A stretch of 64,000 bases of DNA from a virus (IMGVR_UViG_3300035696_000004:155773-219772), one strand, 5' to 3'. Counted from the stretch's first letter, positions 39,283 to 49,932 are shown. The notes: a model not told the origin generated them from the sequence alone. Made by a program: numbers and translations.

Positions 39283-39795
39283 ATGACAGGAAGTCTATTG
39301 AGTAAGGCTCTCGAAGCCTACGATGAAACCCCGACAGAAGTCGCAGAATTGAAAAATGGCACCGTGAAAATGGAGGGACCTCTCGCCACGGTCTTTTCCA
39401 AAGCACTGGCTATTGCGTACAGCAAGGATTCTCCTGGCGATACGGAACCTGCGCCAGCCTTGGAAAGTCAGGAGCTGGAACTCGCCGCCGCGCTCCAGAC
39501 CCCGATGGCAGAACTCGTTGCACGGGATGCCGCCGCAACGTCTCGATCGGATGTCACCATCTACGGCATTGATGGCGGTCATTTGGATAAGGACACGATC
39601 GTCAACCTGACGAACCGGATGCTGAACAAACAAGAAACGGGACCGTGGCCGTTTTCGGTGGTCTTGCAACCAGACGGCAAGCTCAGCGATGTCATGTATC
39701 CCCCTCTGAAGGATATCGTGGCCCTAGAAGCTATCGTCACTCGGTTGGGTGGATCCTTCTATCGATCCTTCGATGACTTCGTCAAAACGCGATAA
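39283..39795 (+). CDS. Probable head protein with A-x-E maturation sites
   Basis: ATG 39283 with SD aggag; KALEA and PALESQ motifs. Confidence 0.55.
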   Translation: MTGSLLSKALEAYDETPTEVAELKNGTVKMEGPLATVFSKALAIAYSKDSPGDTEPAPALESQELELAAALQTPMAELVARDAAATSRSDVTIYGIDGGHLDKDTIVNLTNRMLNKQETGPWPFSVVLQPDGKLSDVMYPPLKDIVALEAIVTRLGGSFYRSFDDFVKTR

Positions 39796-39800
39796 CAGCG

Positions 39801-39835
39801 CATAGAGCCCGGGACATTACGTCCCGGGCTCTATG
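39801..39835. terminator. Bidirectional hairpin with CATA/TATG base
   Basis: catagagcccgggac-attac-gtcccgggctctatg, 15-bp perfect stem between convergent genes. Confidence 0.7.
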
Positions 39836-39838
39836 ATG

Positions 39839-40153
39839 TCAAATTTTATAATTCCACAAGGTGTTCAGCCAATCAGGATTGTGCACATACACGACCGGGA
39901 ACTCCACCGTCTCAGCTGTCCCCACATCCACGAGACGGATACGTCCCTCTTTTTTATCGCTGTCAACAAAGATGACATTATAGAAGCGTTTCTCGACAGG
40001 CATGGAGCGAGGAGACCCCATGTCATCGATGACGCTATCCTGCAATTTCTTGATGATCCTCAGATAAGCAAAATACGACTTCTCCCCATTGCAAGCGCCC
40101 TTCAGATAGTTCTGAAGAAACAGGTAGTTCAAATTGAAAAGGGTATGCATCAT
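39839..40153 (-). CDS. Hypothetical protein (early)
   Basis: ATG 40153 with SD agga; promoter motif at 40203-40227. Confidence 0.55.
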   Translation of the reverse strand: MMHTLFNLNYLFLQNYLKGACNGEKSYFAYLRIIKKLQDSVIDDMGSPRSMPVEKRFYNVIFVDSDKKEGRIRLVDVGTAETVEFPVVYVHNPDWLNTLWNYKI

Positions 40154-40202
40154 TCGTGTCCTACAAAAAAGAATATAAATCGGACTAAACTTAGTCACTT
40201 TA

Positions 40203-40227
40203 GTGATGTATGTTTGAAATTTTCTAG
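40203..40227 (-). promoter_or_regulatory. Putative phage early promoter
   Basis: Gene strand ctagaaaatttcaaacatacatcac. Confidence 0.55.
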
Positions 40228-40283
40228 AGTCATTGACCCTCTGATGCGAAATCTTGTGACAACAACCTTGCGGGACCCCTATC

Positions 40284-41513
40284 ATGGATCGATCCATACT
40301 CGAAGTCTTTGAAGATGAATGCAAAGACCTCCAAATTACCCAGAAGCTCGCTAAACGAATCAATCTGTATCTCCTCAACTTCATGATGAAGAATGAGGAG
40401 CATATCGCCTTCTTCGGTGGTAACTTACTGGGTGTTCAAACGGTCAGGTTCACCGATGAAGACCGATTCCGTTGGTTCGATGAAGTGATCGAAGCTGACG
40501 AAGATCCGCTGGAATATCGTCTCCATGCTCTTCCTAAAGTCAATCCTGACTGGAACGTATCGAGCGATGTATTCAACCTATCCTGCATATGGCTCCTCCA
40601 CGCTGTATTTAAAAGCCATTTCAGTGAAAAAGAAAAACACCAAACCATGGTGGACATCCTGATGATCTTGCAATGCAAGTACCTCACCAGTTTGCTTTTT
40701 CACTATTTTCAATATCCTGCGGATAAAGCTGTCGCCGAAGCGACGTATGCCGAACTCACGTACAAGTTTGATCTGAAAGAAGCAGGATCCTGGAAAGCCC
40801 TCCTCGAAATGAAGTCCGAGAATATCCTTTCCAAGGACGGTATCCATCGTAGGACGATCGAAACCTTGAAGGATGATGGATTGGTCGTCTACATGCTCAA
40901 CGACACCCAAGGGCGAATACGTGCCAGTATTAAGAGTCTGTACGCCGTGTTCAAAATGGTCCAGACTCAAGGTGTTCGCATTACGACCACGAGTTCGGTC
41001 GGTGTAGAGCACGATGGAATCGAAGTGTTGAAAGACAAGAGCCATGGTCTCATGACGTATACGCGGTATATCAACGCGATCATCAGTGACCGTAACTCCT
41101 TCATTCGAGACGAGTTGTGCAAAGTGATTGAGAAGATGATTCATACGATGCCGCCCAAGTTATTCCGAGCGACTCTCGAATGGATGTCTGACAATTATCG
41201 TCAGCACAATCTGGATGTCATCGAAGAAGTCGTAAATGAAGCGATGGTGCATAGTTTTGATTACTTTGCTGCCGAACGCAGCTTGCTCAGGAATTCGACT
41301 GACATTCCCAGTCTTCTCTCTCGACTCAAAGGCACGTATACGGCGTCGCGCGGCACGGACCCCGCCCTCACCAGCCTCCGAGAGAAAGCTGAGAGTGTGG
41401 TGTCGATGGCGACGCATAACAAGAACAAAACTGTTATTGCGTCGGTACGCACGGGAGTATTGCTTTATATCGTCAGTCGCACGATTTGCATGAGGCACTA
41501 CTCGAATACTTAA
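40284..41513 (+). CDS. Conserved phiKZ-like protein
   Basis: 409-aa ORF near the terminase, HIAFFGGNLLGV block. Confidence 0.7.
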   Translation: MDRSILEVFEDECKDLQITQKLAKRINLYLLNFMMKNEEHIAFFGGNLLGVQTVRFTDEDRFRWFDEVIEADEDPLEYRLHALPKVNPDWNVSSDVFNLSCIWLLHAVFKSHFSEKEKHQTMVDILMILQCKYLTSLLFHYFQYPADKAVAEATYAELTYKFDLKEAGSWKALLEMKSENILSKDGIHRRTIETLKDDGLVVYMLNDTQGRIRASIKSLYAVFKMVQTQGVRITTTSSVGVEHDGIEVLKDKSHGLMTYTRYINAIISDRNSFIRDELCKVIEKMIHTMPPKLFRATLEWMSDNYRQHNLDVIEEVVNEAMVHSFDYFAAERSLLRNSTDIPSLLSRLKGTYTASRGTDPALTSLREKAESVVSMATHNKNKTVIASVRTGVLLYIVSRTICMRHYSNT

Positions 41514-41601
41514 CCCGCACAGCTAGCCAGAGGATTTCTGACCATGCCGTAGTTGATCCTCTTAATCCAAGGCGCCCTCCGCGTTAAGACAGGTGGTAAC
41601 T

Positions 41602-42009
41602 ATGTCTAGCCTCGTAGACAGTGTCAAGTCGTACATCCTTTGTCTTCTAGAAGAGATGAAGGGAGAAGGTAACTGGTCCGTCGATGTGCACGAGAAAGAA
41701 CTGATTAAAAAGCTCACCGTCATTTCGATGGAAGGACATCAGGTGACGATTCATTCAGTCCCCATGGTGTTTCGCTACCAGTACGGACACTGGTACATCC
41801 CGGATAAGATCATCAGGATGTACCATCTCTTTTCCACCATTTCACCTGATGCCCCAGCTGATTTACGTTGGGCATGCGGGTTGAGTGTGACCTTACCTGG
41901 TTTCTTCCCTCCCTTTATGGACGAAAGAGTTCAGCGTAAGTACGCTATCAGCGCGTATGTGGATCTACTGCTCAAACGTGTCAAACAAGTAGGAACAGGT
42001 CTGCTATAG
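41602..42009 (+). CDS. Hypothetical protein
   Basis: ATG 41602 with SD aggtgg; ends at an 18-bp hairpin. Confidence 0.55.
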   Translation: MSSLVDSVKSYILCLLEEMKGEGNWSVDVHEKELIKKLTVISMEGHQVTIHSVPMVFRYQYGHWYIPDKIIRMYHLFSTISPDAPADLRWACGLSVTLPGFFPPFMDERVQRKYAISAYVDLLLKRVKQVGTGLL

Positions 42010-42050
42010 CAGCATAGAGCCCGCGCCACGTAGGCGCGGGCTCTATGCTG
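42010..42050. terminator. Bidirectional hairpin with CATA/TATG base
   Basis: cagcatagagcccgcgcc-acgta-ggcgcgggctctatgctg, 18-bp perfect stem. Confidence 0.75.
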
Positions 42051-44270
42051 TCAACAATACGTTACCACGGTCTTGTACCCAGCAGGGCTTCCCATGTGGT
42101 TACGATGATCGAACGTCGACGACTTGTACAGATCTTGAATCGATCGATCTCCCATATCGTACGCGCGCTTCTTGCTCCGTCTAGCTTCCTTAGCCTTACG
42201 TAGCAAATCATCGACACTGTACGTTTCCGAACCATCCACCACCAACTTCTTATCGAGCGCCCGTAATTCAAATTCCAAACGCTGACTGATGAAGGCGTCG
42301 TGTTCGTTTATGAGATTTCGATAAAGAATGTCAATTTTATTTCGAATCTGCTTCTGTTCCTCCCTTTGATACTTTTCTTCAGGACTAAGCATCTCCTTCG
42401 GTTTGATCGATTGCATGATTCGAATAGGGTCGATACCATAGAACGAAAGGTTTTTGCCAAGAGAAAGTAACCAATTAGCAAGCAGCCAGCCAATAACCAA
42501 ATCGTCGTGGCCTCCCTTAGGGTGGTCAATGCGGTCATCTCTTCTCTCCAGTGCCAGGATTTGACACACCAGACCGTTATCGTGCATTCTGTCCCCGCCT
42601 CGTTTGACAGCGTTCATCATGGTGGCGTTGTAGAGGTCAGAACGAGAATAGGTTCCCGATCCTGAGGTTGGGAAACCAAACGTCTCTTTGAATCGACTAT
42701 ATACCGTACGATCTCGCCGATTATGAGGGACTTTGATTTCATTGTAACGCGACGGATTGTCCTCGTATTCCTGAACGACTCGGTTAAAGAGCCGCTTGAA
42801 GGGGTCCTGTCCTGCCTTTAGCAGTTCAAGCAACAAGTAATCCAGGATATAGCCACCCGACGATTTCCGTTCAATGATGGTCGTGATGTTGGTGTAACGA
42901 ACGATGAATTTCCCCAACCACTCAGAGAACGTAAAGAGGTTGGTTTCATTGATACACCCAACTCCAAGGACTTCTAGCGTCTCAACGTCCACCAACACCA
43001 TCGAAATATCATCCTTACCGATAGCATCACTGGTATCCATCCCCATGACGATTTTACTGGTCGCTAGACGTTCTTCAAGTTCGTCTTCTGTCACGTACCA
43101 ACGAATCACATATCCGTCACCACCACGCGTCGAGTGCATCAACGAACGTTGGCTGTTTGCAATGATCTCGGTCAGTTCTTTGCTAAACGGACTCTTCATC
43201 GTACCCGACGTCCAGACGTTCAGATAATCGCGTTCAGCATCTTCCCCTTCCTGAATAGCATCTTCCATCTTCTCCTTCAACCAAGCATCCGTGTACCCGA
43301 GTTGACGGTGGTTAAAGGTACCGATAATCCGGAACTTGCCGTGGCCATTGCGACGGACGGTCTTTTCAAATTCTTCCGCATCCTTCGAGTCTAGGAAGGC
43401 CTCGGACCATGGAGCGGAATTCGAGATGAGCTCGTAGATATACGCGCCGCTATCATCGTTCTTCTTACCTGCCGTGGTCGTGAGGATCGTCCCATACGGA
43501 GCGCCTGCGCGTTTAGCAGCGTCACGAGCTGCGCCCGAGCCTGCCAATAGGGCACCCAATGCAGTTTTGATATTGGGTTGGAATGGCGGTTCGTCAATCT
43601 GCGTAACAGCCGTCGTAATACCCCGTCCGAGAGCTAGGGCCGCTTTAGGGGAACCTTGGGGTACGTACGTACTGTATCGATTGTTCAGAGCTGTTACAGC
43701 CAGCTGCTCACCATTATTGGGGTCAGCAGCCCGTTTCTGTTGGATATAGCTAGGAAGTTCATCCCCGATGTCTTTCAGACGTTGAATGTTCTTGCGGCGC
43801 AAGTCATCATTCTTTGTCAATAGACTGATTTCAATGTCCTTACACAAGACGTTCATCAACAGTCGCATCAAGCAGTCAGTACTGAATGACTTACCTGTTT
43901 GACGAGGTTGAATCAGCGTAAACAGCGCGTGGTTGAAGAACGACCAAATTAGCGCGATGTTTGCACGATTAGCTTGAAATGGTCGAGCGTCTTCACCCGA
44001 TTGCCCTGGTGCTCTAACGACTTCTCGGAAAAAGTACCAGGGGTTGATTTTACATTCAGCAACGATAGCCGAAACTTGACTCGCTGTCAGGTTGGGATCG
44101 TGAGGGTCGATTCCTTTGAGTTCTTGATTGACCAGAGCCAGTATGAAAGCGTGGTTTTTAATCCGCATCTTTCGATACATGGAGGCGAGTCGTAAGAAGC
44201 TCTCGTTCTTAGTGGTGAGGTCCGGTTGCGCTGTCGGGTACTGTTTCCAGTCCTGGAGGAACAACAACAT
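42051..44270 (-). CDS. terL: Terminase large subunit (phiKZ gp25-like)
   Basis: Walker A QPRQTGKS, Walker B QIDEPP, TTTAG coupling motif, nuclease GMDTS and HDDLV. Confidence 0.9.
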   Translation of the reverse strand: MLLFLQDWKQYPTAQPDLTTKNESFLRLASMYRKMRIKNHAFILALVNQELKGIDPHDPNLTASQVSAIVAECKINPWYFFREVVRAPGQSGEDARPFQANRANIALIWSFFNHALFTLIQPRQTGKSFSTDCLMRLLMNVLCKDIEISLLTKNDDLRRKNIQRLKDIGDELPSYIQQKRAADPNNGEQLAVTALNNRYSTYVPQGSPKAALALGRGITTAVTQIDEPPFQPNIKTALGALLAGSGAARDAAKRAGAPYGTILTTTAGKKNDDSGAYIYELISNSAPWSEAFLDSKDAEEFEKTVRRNGHGKFRIIGTFNHRQLGYTDAWLKEKMEDAIQEGEDAERDYLNVWTSGTMKSPFSKELTEIIANSQRSLMHSTRGGDGYVIRWYVTEDELEERLATSKIVMGMDTSDAIGKDDISMVLVDVETLEVLGVGCINETNLFTFSEWLGKFIVRYTNITTIIERKSSGGYILDYLLLELLKAGQDPFKRLFNRVVQEYEDNPSRYNEIKVPHNRRDRTVYSRFKETFGFPTSGSGTYSRSDLYNATMMNAVKRGGDRMHDNGLVCQILALERRDDRIDHPKGGHDDLVIGWLLANWLLSLGKNLSFYGIDPIRIMQSIKPKEMLSPEEKYQREEQKQIRNKIDILYRNLINEHDAFISQRLEFELRALDKKLVVDGSETYSVDDLLRKAKEARRSKKRAYDMGDRSIQDLYKSSTFDHRNHMGSPAGYKTVVTYC

Positions 44271-44278
44271 GGCTATTC

Positions 44279-45478
44279 CTATTCAAATTTAATTGCAGTT
44301 TCAAACGAAAAACGCCAACCATCAAAAGAATAATCATTCCCGTGGCGTGCCCTTGTATTTTTAATGTAATTAAAATTGAGCCCAAGAGAAACGCATGCTG
44401 AAAATAAAGAACGATACAAACGAATTTCACCGGTACTGGATGTTGCGACTATATTACACGCCCATGCTATCGAATTCTTTTCCGAACCGTGGGCAATTTT
44501 TTCAGGCCACGGTTTTCCATCATCAAACTTTATAACGCACCAGTTTTTCAATATTCTTCCAGCATGTGGACTATGTAAATGTTTGGCTAATGTCCCTGGG
44601 GCGACCTTAAAAAAACGGGCCGTTTCAGAAATTGATTTAAATGAAGTTATTTCATTATTGCGAACGTCTCTTATTAAAACAGGTAATTCGTTAGAAAATA
44701 ACCCTGTTTTTCTAGCATGGGCCATATTTTCGGCATTGATAACCCATTCGAGATTTTCAAAAGAATTGTTATTTTTATTACCATCGATATGGTTAACTTG
44801 AAGATCGTCAAAGGTCTTATCGCGATGACGCTCAGGAATAGGACAAAAAAGCATGGCAACTATTCGATGGGCTGAATATTGGCGATATTCTCCCCCCACC
44901 AGTAAAGATATTTTTTTATATCCCCTAGGATTGATTCTGGTTCGGTACTCATTATTTTTTAGTAAATTAAAAAAATAACCTTTTTTATTAACGACAATAG
45001 GGCTGTCAGAAAAAGGTATATAAAAATATCCTTGTTTTGTAACGCATTCTATTGGATTTGGAAATAAACCAGTTAAATCTTTGGAAAAATTAGGAAGAGG
45101 ATGGGATATTAAATCCTTCTCCCTCTTCTTAATTAAGTTCCTTTTCTGGTACCCCGACGTTGTAGTCCAGAAAAGATTATCGGCACAGACATTTTGTTTA
45201 TCGTAATCGTGATAACCGACTAAAAGACGCGGTGCGCATCCAAATGCCTGGTCAGGTACCGGAACAAAGGTTAGTGCCACTAGCCTAGCTAAATTTACGC
45301 ACACGACCTCGGAACCTTTCCTAGCAAAAACCCTCATCAACCCCATCTGACCGTCATTGCGTTGCCTGAGAGGTTTTTTTGTTTCAGAATCTATCGTCAC
45401 CCCGAAACGGTTAACAAGAGTCCCTTCAAATCCCGGGACCGGCAGAAAGACTTCCGAATACTTAGATCTATTCAACAT
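44279..45478 (-). CDS. Free-standing HNH homing endonuclease with a duplicated, degenerate N-terminal HNH module
   Basis: Intact HRIVA..QVNHIDGNKNNNSFENLEW; degenerate LARLVALTF..VGYHDYDKQNVCADNLFW; visibly AT-rich; no intron core found around it. Confidence 0.85.
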   Translation of the reverse strand: MLNRSKYSEVFLPVPGFEGTLVNRFGVTIDSETKKPLRQRNDGQMGLMRVFARKGSEVVCVNLARLVALTFVPVPDQAFGCAPRLLVGYHDYDKQNVCADNLFWTTTSGYQKRNLIKKREKDLISHPLPNFSKDLTGLFPNPIECVTKQGYFYIPFSDSPIVVNKKGYFFNLLKNNEYRTRINPRGYKKISLLVGGEYRQYSAHRIVAMLFCPIPERHRDKTFDDLQVNHIDGNKNNNSFENLEWVINAENMAHARKTGLFSNELPVLIRDVRNNEITSFKSISETARFFKVAPGTLAKHLHSPHAGRILKNWCVIKFDDGKPWPEKIAHGSEKNSIAWACNIVATSSTGEIRLYRSLFSACVSLGLNFNYIKNTRARHGNDYSFDGWRFSFETAIKFE

Positions 45479-45629
45479 TGCTCGTCCTTTCAAAAATAAT
45501 CACACTATAGCTATTGGTTTTTGTGTGAAAGTCATCGAGGAAGAGAATCATGGTAGTCTACCGCGGAATATAGGGGATCACACTATTCGCGGCATAAAGC
45601 CTGCCCCGGGACCCGGGGCAGGCTGTCTG

Positions 45630-47324
45630 TCAGTTCTGTTGAGCGCAAGGCAACGCCGACATTCCGTAAAGAATATCCGTCGTGGTCGTGCGAGTGAAGA
45701 ACTTGATGAACATCGTCGAACTGTCCGGGAAGGCTTCCGTCAGCGTCAGCGAACTGTTCCACTGAGTAATCGGGAAGTCCAACTCCGCCCCAGAAGGCAG
45801 AATGATGCCGAACATATTCGGAATTGGTGCTTTGGTTTCCTTGCTCGGATCGTACAACGGTTCGGTTCGATAGTAGATACGTTCCAGCCAGCTGTTGATG
45901 TCCGTTTCTCCGCAAGTGATATCCGCCGTCATCAAGTTCTGATTGACGAACGTCGTCTTTGCGAAGTTGTTAACACCATACAACGGGCTTTGAGACGGAT
46001 CGAATCCAATTTCCCAAACCGTGTTGCTGTGATCCGAACCCTGGCGTTGCAGAATGATCGATAGCGTTTCCGTGAAGTTGACGTTCTTATACAGACCGTT
46101 GACCTTTTGGAGATTCACCGATACCGACAACTCTTGATTGACGCCATAAGCGGTTCCCTTGAAAGCCGAACCACTCGAGCTGATGGTGACGTACGGAGTC
46201 ACGTTGTAATACACTTGCCGATCCAGATTGAACAAGTAGTACCGCATCGTGTAGCCGTTTGTCGCATCGACCCAGACAGGGAAACCAAACAGCTTGCAGC
46301 TGTAGGATCCGTCTATGTTCTCCGTTTGCGCGGAGTATTTCTGCGTGATGAACCTGTCTTGGGAACCCGCTACAGCCTGGGATACATAATTTACTTCCGT
46401 CGAGGCCAGGTTGTATTTCAACACGAGTTTGATCTTTTGGCCGACTTGTGTGTTCAAGAAGTTCTTCAATCCGAAGATTTCAAACTTCGTCCCGTCCACT
46501 GGCAACTCCAGCTTGTCACCATTGTTGTAATGCACGACGCCGTACAGATTCAAACTGTCCAGCGTAATGTTCAGCGGCAACTTCAGCATCGTCGGGTCCG
46601 AATCCGACAAGAAAGCGGATTTCAGAGTGATCCCAGTGATGTACTTCGTGGAGAGATCCGATGATCGAATAAACGCCGTTTCTTCCACGAGCAGCTGAGC
46701 TTTGCACACCACCTGACCCGAGTCACTGTAGAATACGATGGTGACGTACTCGCCGTTGACAAGATCCGTTTTGGTATAGCAAACCGGAACTGTCTTGATC
46801 GAATAGTTTTGACCATTCGACATCGATGCCAGTTCTAGCGGAATTGATTGCGTGACCAATGCCCCGGTTTGATCATACACGCCGCTGACGACCTTGCCAG
46901 TACCGTCCAGCAACGACCCTAAGACGATTTGGCATTTGGTAGTCGCCGTGCCGCCGATGCGGAGTCGTTGATCCACACACAGAGCATACGGTGTGACACT
47001 CTTGTCGATATAGATACGGAAGGTATTGGTCATGGTCCCGGGACCCACACCTACCAACGTATCCGTGTTCGTGAGCGTCTGTTCCGATGCCGGGGTAGGC
47101 ATCGCTGTCAGCGTCGATAGCAACGTCGTCGCATCCACAGCTGTCACGATGTAGTAAAGGAAGGTCGCCGTATCAAGGACGAAATCCCCCACGTTCGGGA
47201 CGTACTTGCCCGCACCGACGCCACCAGTGAAGATATTGATCAGCGCCCAGAGCTGCCACCTCGCCCCTGTGCTTTGTACAGGAACGACACCATCCGTCCC
47301 CGTTACGCTCGTTGTGTTAGCCAT
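45630..47324 (-). CDS. Virion structural protein (phiKZ gp26 position)
   Basis: 564 aa, beta-rich, Thr/Ser/Val-rich; synteny. Confidence 0.7.
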   Translation of the reverse strand: MANTTSVTGTDGVVPVQSTGARWQLWALINIFTGGVGAGKYVPNVGDFVLDTATFLYYIVTAVDATTLLSTLTAMPTPASEQTLTNTDTLVGVGPGTMTNTFRIYIDKSVTPYALCVDQRLRIGGTATTKCQIVLGSLLDGTGKVVSGVYDQTGALVTQSIPLELASMSNGQNYSIKTVPVCYTKTDLVNGEYVTIVFYSDSGQVVCKAQLLVEETAFIRSSDLSTKYITGITLKSAFLSDSDPTMLKLPLNITLDSLNLYGVVHYNNGDKLELPVDGTKFEIFGLKNFLNTQVGQKIKLVLKYNLASTEVNYVSQAVAGSQDRFITQKYSAQTENIDGSYSCKLFGFPVWVDATNGYTMRYYLFNLDRQVYYNVTPYVTISSSGSAFKGTAYGVNQELSVSVNLQKVNGLYKNVNFTETLSIILQRQGSDHSNTVWEIGFDPSQSPLYGVNNFAKTTFVNQNLMTADITCGETDINSWLERIYYRTEPLYDPSKETKAPIPNMFGIILPSGAELDFPITQWNSSLTLTEAFPDSSTMFIKFFTRTTTTDILYGMSALPCAQQN

Positions 47325-49932
47325 TGCCTAGAGCCTCCGCCTGAGTGATTTCCTTGATTCGAATAAAGTTAGCCAGACGCACCAAACCATTCGAATAGAG
47401 GTCCACGACCCGGTGAATGAATTTGAAAGAATAGATATCCATATCAATCACAGTCGTGAGGTTATGGGGCTCCACCGTCACAAAGCTGCTGTTGATTTGA
47501 AGTCCGTTTTGGGTTGGATCGTACGCCAACAGATACAAATAGGGCGCTACGATTTCCATGACCACGTTGTCATTGTAGAACGCCTTCAGGCGATTGTCCG
47601 TCAAGACACCGTTGACCAGATCGTAAATGATCTTGCAGATGAATGGACTGATGACCGGATACAACTCCGGAATTGCCTGGGTCGCTGTCAACGTTTGTTG
47701 CGGGAGATTGAGTGTCAGGTAATCACTGACGGCTTTATCGATGACTTTGGATGCGTCACGGAAGGTGTTGGTGTCTTCCGTAACGATACCTTGCATAGGG
47801 ACAAGAATATCGTCCACCATGTAAGGTTCGCCATTGAGTGCCGCAATGGGCGCTACCGTCCCCATCACTTCGGCAAAATCAAGTTGATCTCTCGTGTAGA
47901 GTCGACCTCCCACAATGATCCGCAAGACCTTATCATCCCGAATGTCGTAGATGTTGTTGTCGGACAACACCCCTTGATCCACAAAACCCGTATCTTCCGG
48001 GATTTCGATAGACAAAGTCGATTCGCAATGACCGTACATCCGTATCGCGATGTTTTGCCCTTCCGATACAGGATTCAAATACTGCTTGTTGATGATAACG
48101 ATCTGCGGGAAATTGACAATGTAATCAACCCCCGGAATCAACGAGTAGCCGTTCATGAAAACATCCAACTTACCGAGAGGAATCTGCATGACGTAATTCG
48201 ATATCGCGTCATCTCGATTCATTTGGCAATTCAGACTGAATTTCAGAAGACCATCCGTTGGTTGCAACGTGAGGCTGTAACCAAGATTCACATCGTTGCC
48301 ACGGACGAGTGTCAAGATTTTTGTGCTGTCTACCGCCCACGTCAGAGTTGTTCCGATCAGCGTGTAATAGCCTGCGACTCCGGTGACATCCTTCCAGTTG
48401 TTCTGAGGAACCCCATTCGTGATGTCGCAGACGTACATTCGATAATCAACGAACTTACTCAGCGTTTGAGTTGACGATCCGTACGTCTCGTTTAAGAGCG
48501 TAGAGGTGAGCCCAGAGATGACTTCCACTTTCTTGGTAGCGGCATAGCCAGGGAAGTACGATGTCCCTACCAAGTGCGGGTTCCAGCCCAGCAACAAGCC
48601 ATTGCTGTCGTATTCGTACCCTGTTGAGTTCACTGTCAACCCATACGGAAGATCCGCCATCAACACGTTGTCGACACTGTACGTGGCTGACGGCGTATCC
48701 GCAATGAGCTTACTCGCAGCATTGTATCCAAAAGCATCCTGGACCAACGCGATCGGGAGGTTCATATTGGCATAGCGCATGACAGCTGTGTATGACGAGT
48801 TCTCGAGCGTATCTGCTCGCCAATTGCTGACAGTCGAATTGACACCCAACAATGCACCACGGACATTGTCATCCGTCATCTTGTACAATTCAAGAATCCG
48901 GTTGTTTTCCTGAAGTAAGGTTTGAGGCATCCCGCCGTGACGAATGTGCAACCGAACACGGAGCTGTGTGATATCCGTCCAGGTACTCTGTGCTGCTGCG
49001 TAACCCGCCAAATAGGGCACTGGAATGGCATAGTCCCGGTGCGTCACCATCCGGAGTGCATCCGGTTGGTTCTTATGGTAGTAGACGCCTTGATAGATGG
49101 TCGACGTGACCGGTTTCATGACGAATACATCGATGTCATCCTGATAATCGATTTCCGTCGCACCTGTGCCCGGGTAATGCAAGAGATACTTCATCTTGTT
49201 GTCGAGCAGGCTGACAAATGTCCTCAATCCCGAGACATCAAAGTCCACGACCTTATAAATGGACGCGTCATAGACGAACTCAATCACATCCCCAACCGCA
49301 GCCGTCAACAGACTGATTTCAGAGACGCGGAAGCCATTGACAAACCCGTACGCCACACCAGACAGAGCAGACCACTCGGTATACGTCGTTTGAAGAGCCA
49401 GGAGTTCATCGGTTGTGGAAGGCACGCCACCCGTAACTCGCAAATAGCCCGTATTCCCAGCAGAGGTTAATACACTACCCGACCCCATGTTAAAGTACGC
49501 ATTCGAATACACTCGAAGGAAGATTGCGTCCGTATTGAGCGTGATCCCGATCTTCGGCTGGTCTTGGACAGCGATAATCAGATTGTTGTCCGGTGTTGCT
49601 CGATACCACGTTTGAAACCGCGGCAGCTGAAGCCCTGTCGCCGAATAGATATCGACCAACATGTTTTCGGCTGTGCAACCATCAGCAAAACTGATCCAGG
49701 CATCCGAGCTCGGTTCAAGTCCGAGCAAAAGCGGATTGATCTGGCCGATCTGATAAACATGGAATCGAGTCTTCGTTGCAGGGAGAGCGTACACATCCCA
49801 ACCCACAGCGACTTTATTCCAGACACCCCCAAAGGGCGTGATTTTTTGAGGTTGGATAATGCACTGCTCATCTTGACTCGGGTTTCCCCAAATATTGCGC
49901 AGCGCTTGGTCAACCAGGAAATTATAAGCCAT
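47317..49932 (-). CDS. Virion structural protein (phiKZ gp27 position)
   Basis: 871 aa; synteny with the terminase/sheath block. Confidence 0.7.
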   Translation of the reverse strand: MAYNFLVDQALRNIWGNPSQDEQCIIQPQKITPFGGVWNKVAVGWDVYALPATKTRFHVYQIGQINPLLLGLEPSSDAWISFADGCTAENMLVDIYSATGLQLPRFQTWYRATPDNNLIIAVQDQPKIGITLNTDAIFLRVYSNAYFNMGSGSVLTSAGNTGYLRVTGGVPSTTDELLALQTTYTEWSALSGVAYGFVNGFRVSEISLLTAAVGDVIEFVYDASIYKVVDFDVSGLRTFVSLLDNKMKYLLHYPGTGATEIDYQDDIDVFVMKPVTSTIYQGVYYHKNQPDALRMVTHRDYAIPVPYLAGYAAAQSTWTDITQLRVRLHIRHGGMPQTLLQENNRILELYKMTDDNVRGALLGVNSTVSNWRADTLENSSYTAVMRYANMNLPIALVQDAFGYNAASKLIADTPSATYSVDNVLMADLPYGLTVNSTGYEYDSNGLLLGWNPHLVGTSYFPGYAATKKVEVISGLTSTLLNETYGSSTQTLSKFVDYRMYVCDITNGVPQNNWKDVTGVAGYYTLIGTTLTWAVDSTKILTLVRGNDVNLGYSLTLQPTDGLLKFSLNCQMNRDDAISNYVMQIPLGKLDVFMNGYSLIPGVDYIVNFPQIVIINKQYLNPVSEGQNIAIRMYGHCESTLSIEIPEDTGFVDQGVLSDNNIYDIRDDKVLRIIVGGRLYTRDQLDFAEVMGTVAPIAALNGEPYMVDDILVPMQGIVTEDTNTFRDASKVIDKAVSDYLTLNLPQQTLTATQAIPELYPVISPFICKIIYDLVNGVLTDNRLKAFYNDNVVMEIVAPYLYLLAYDPTQNGLQINSSFVTVEPHNLTTVIDMDIYSFKFIHRVVDLYSNGLVRLANFIRIKEITQAEALGNG

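Noticed and set aside
30617-44270. Inteins in DNA polymerase, terminase or helicase
   Set aside because: Protein sizes are ordinary and no intein splice-junction or LAGLIDADG motifs were seen.
44271-45629. Possible intron around the third HNH gene
   Set aside because: No P/Q/R/S elements, and both flanking genes appear complete.
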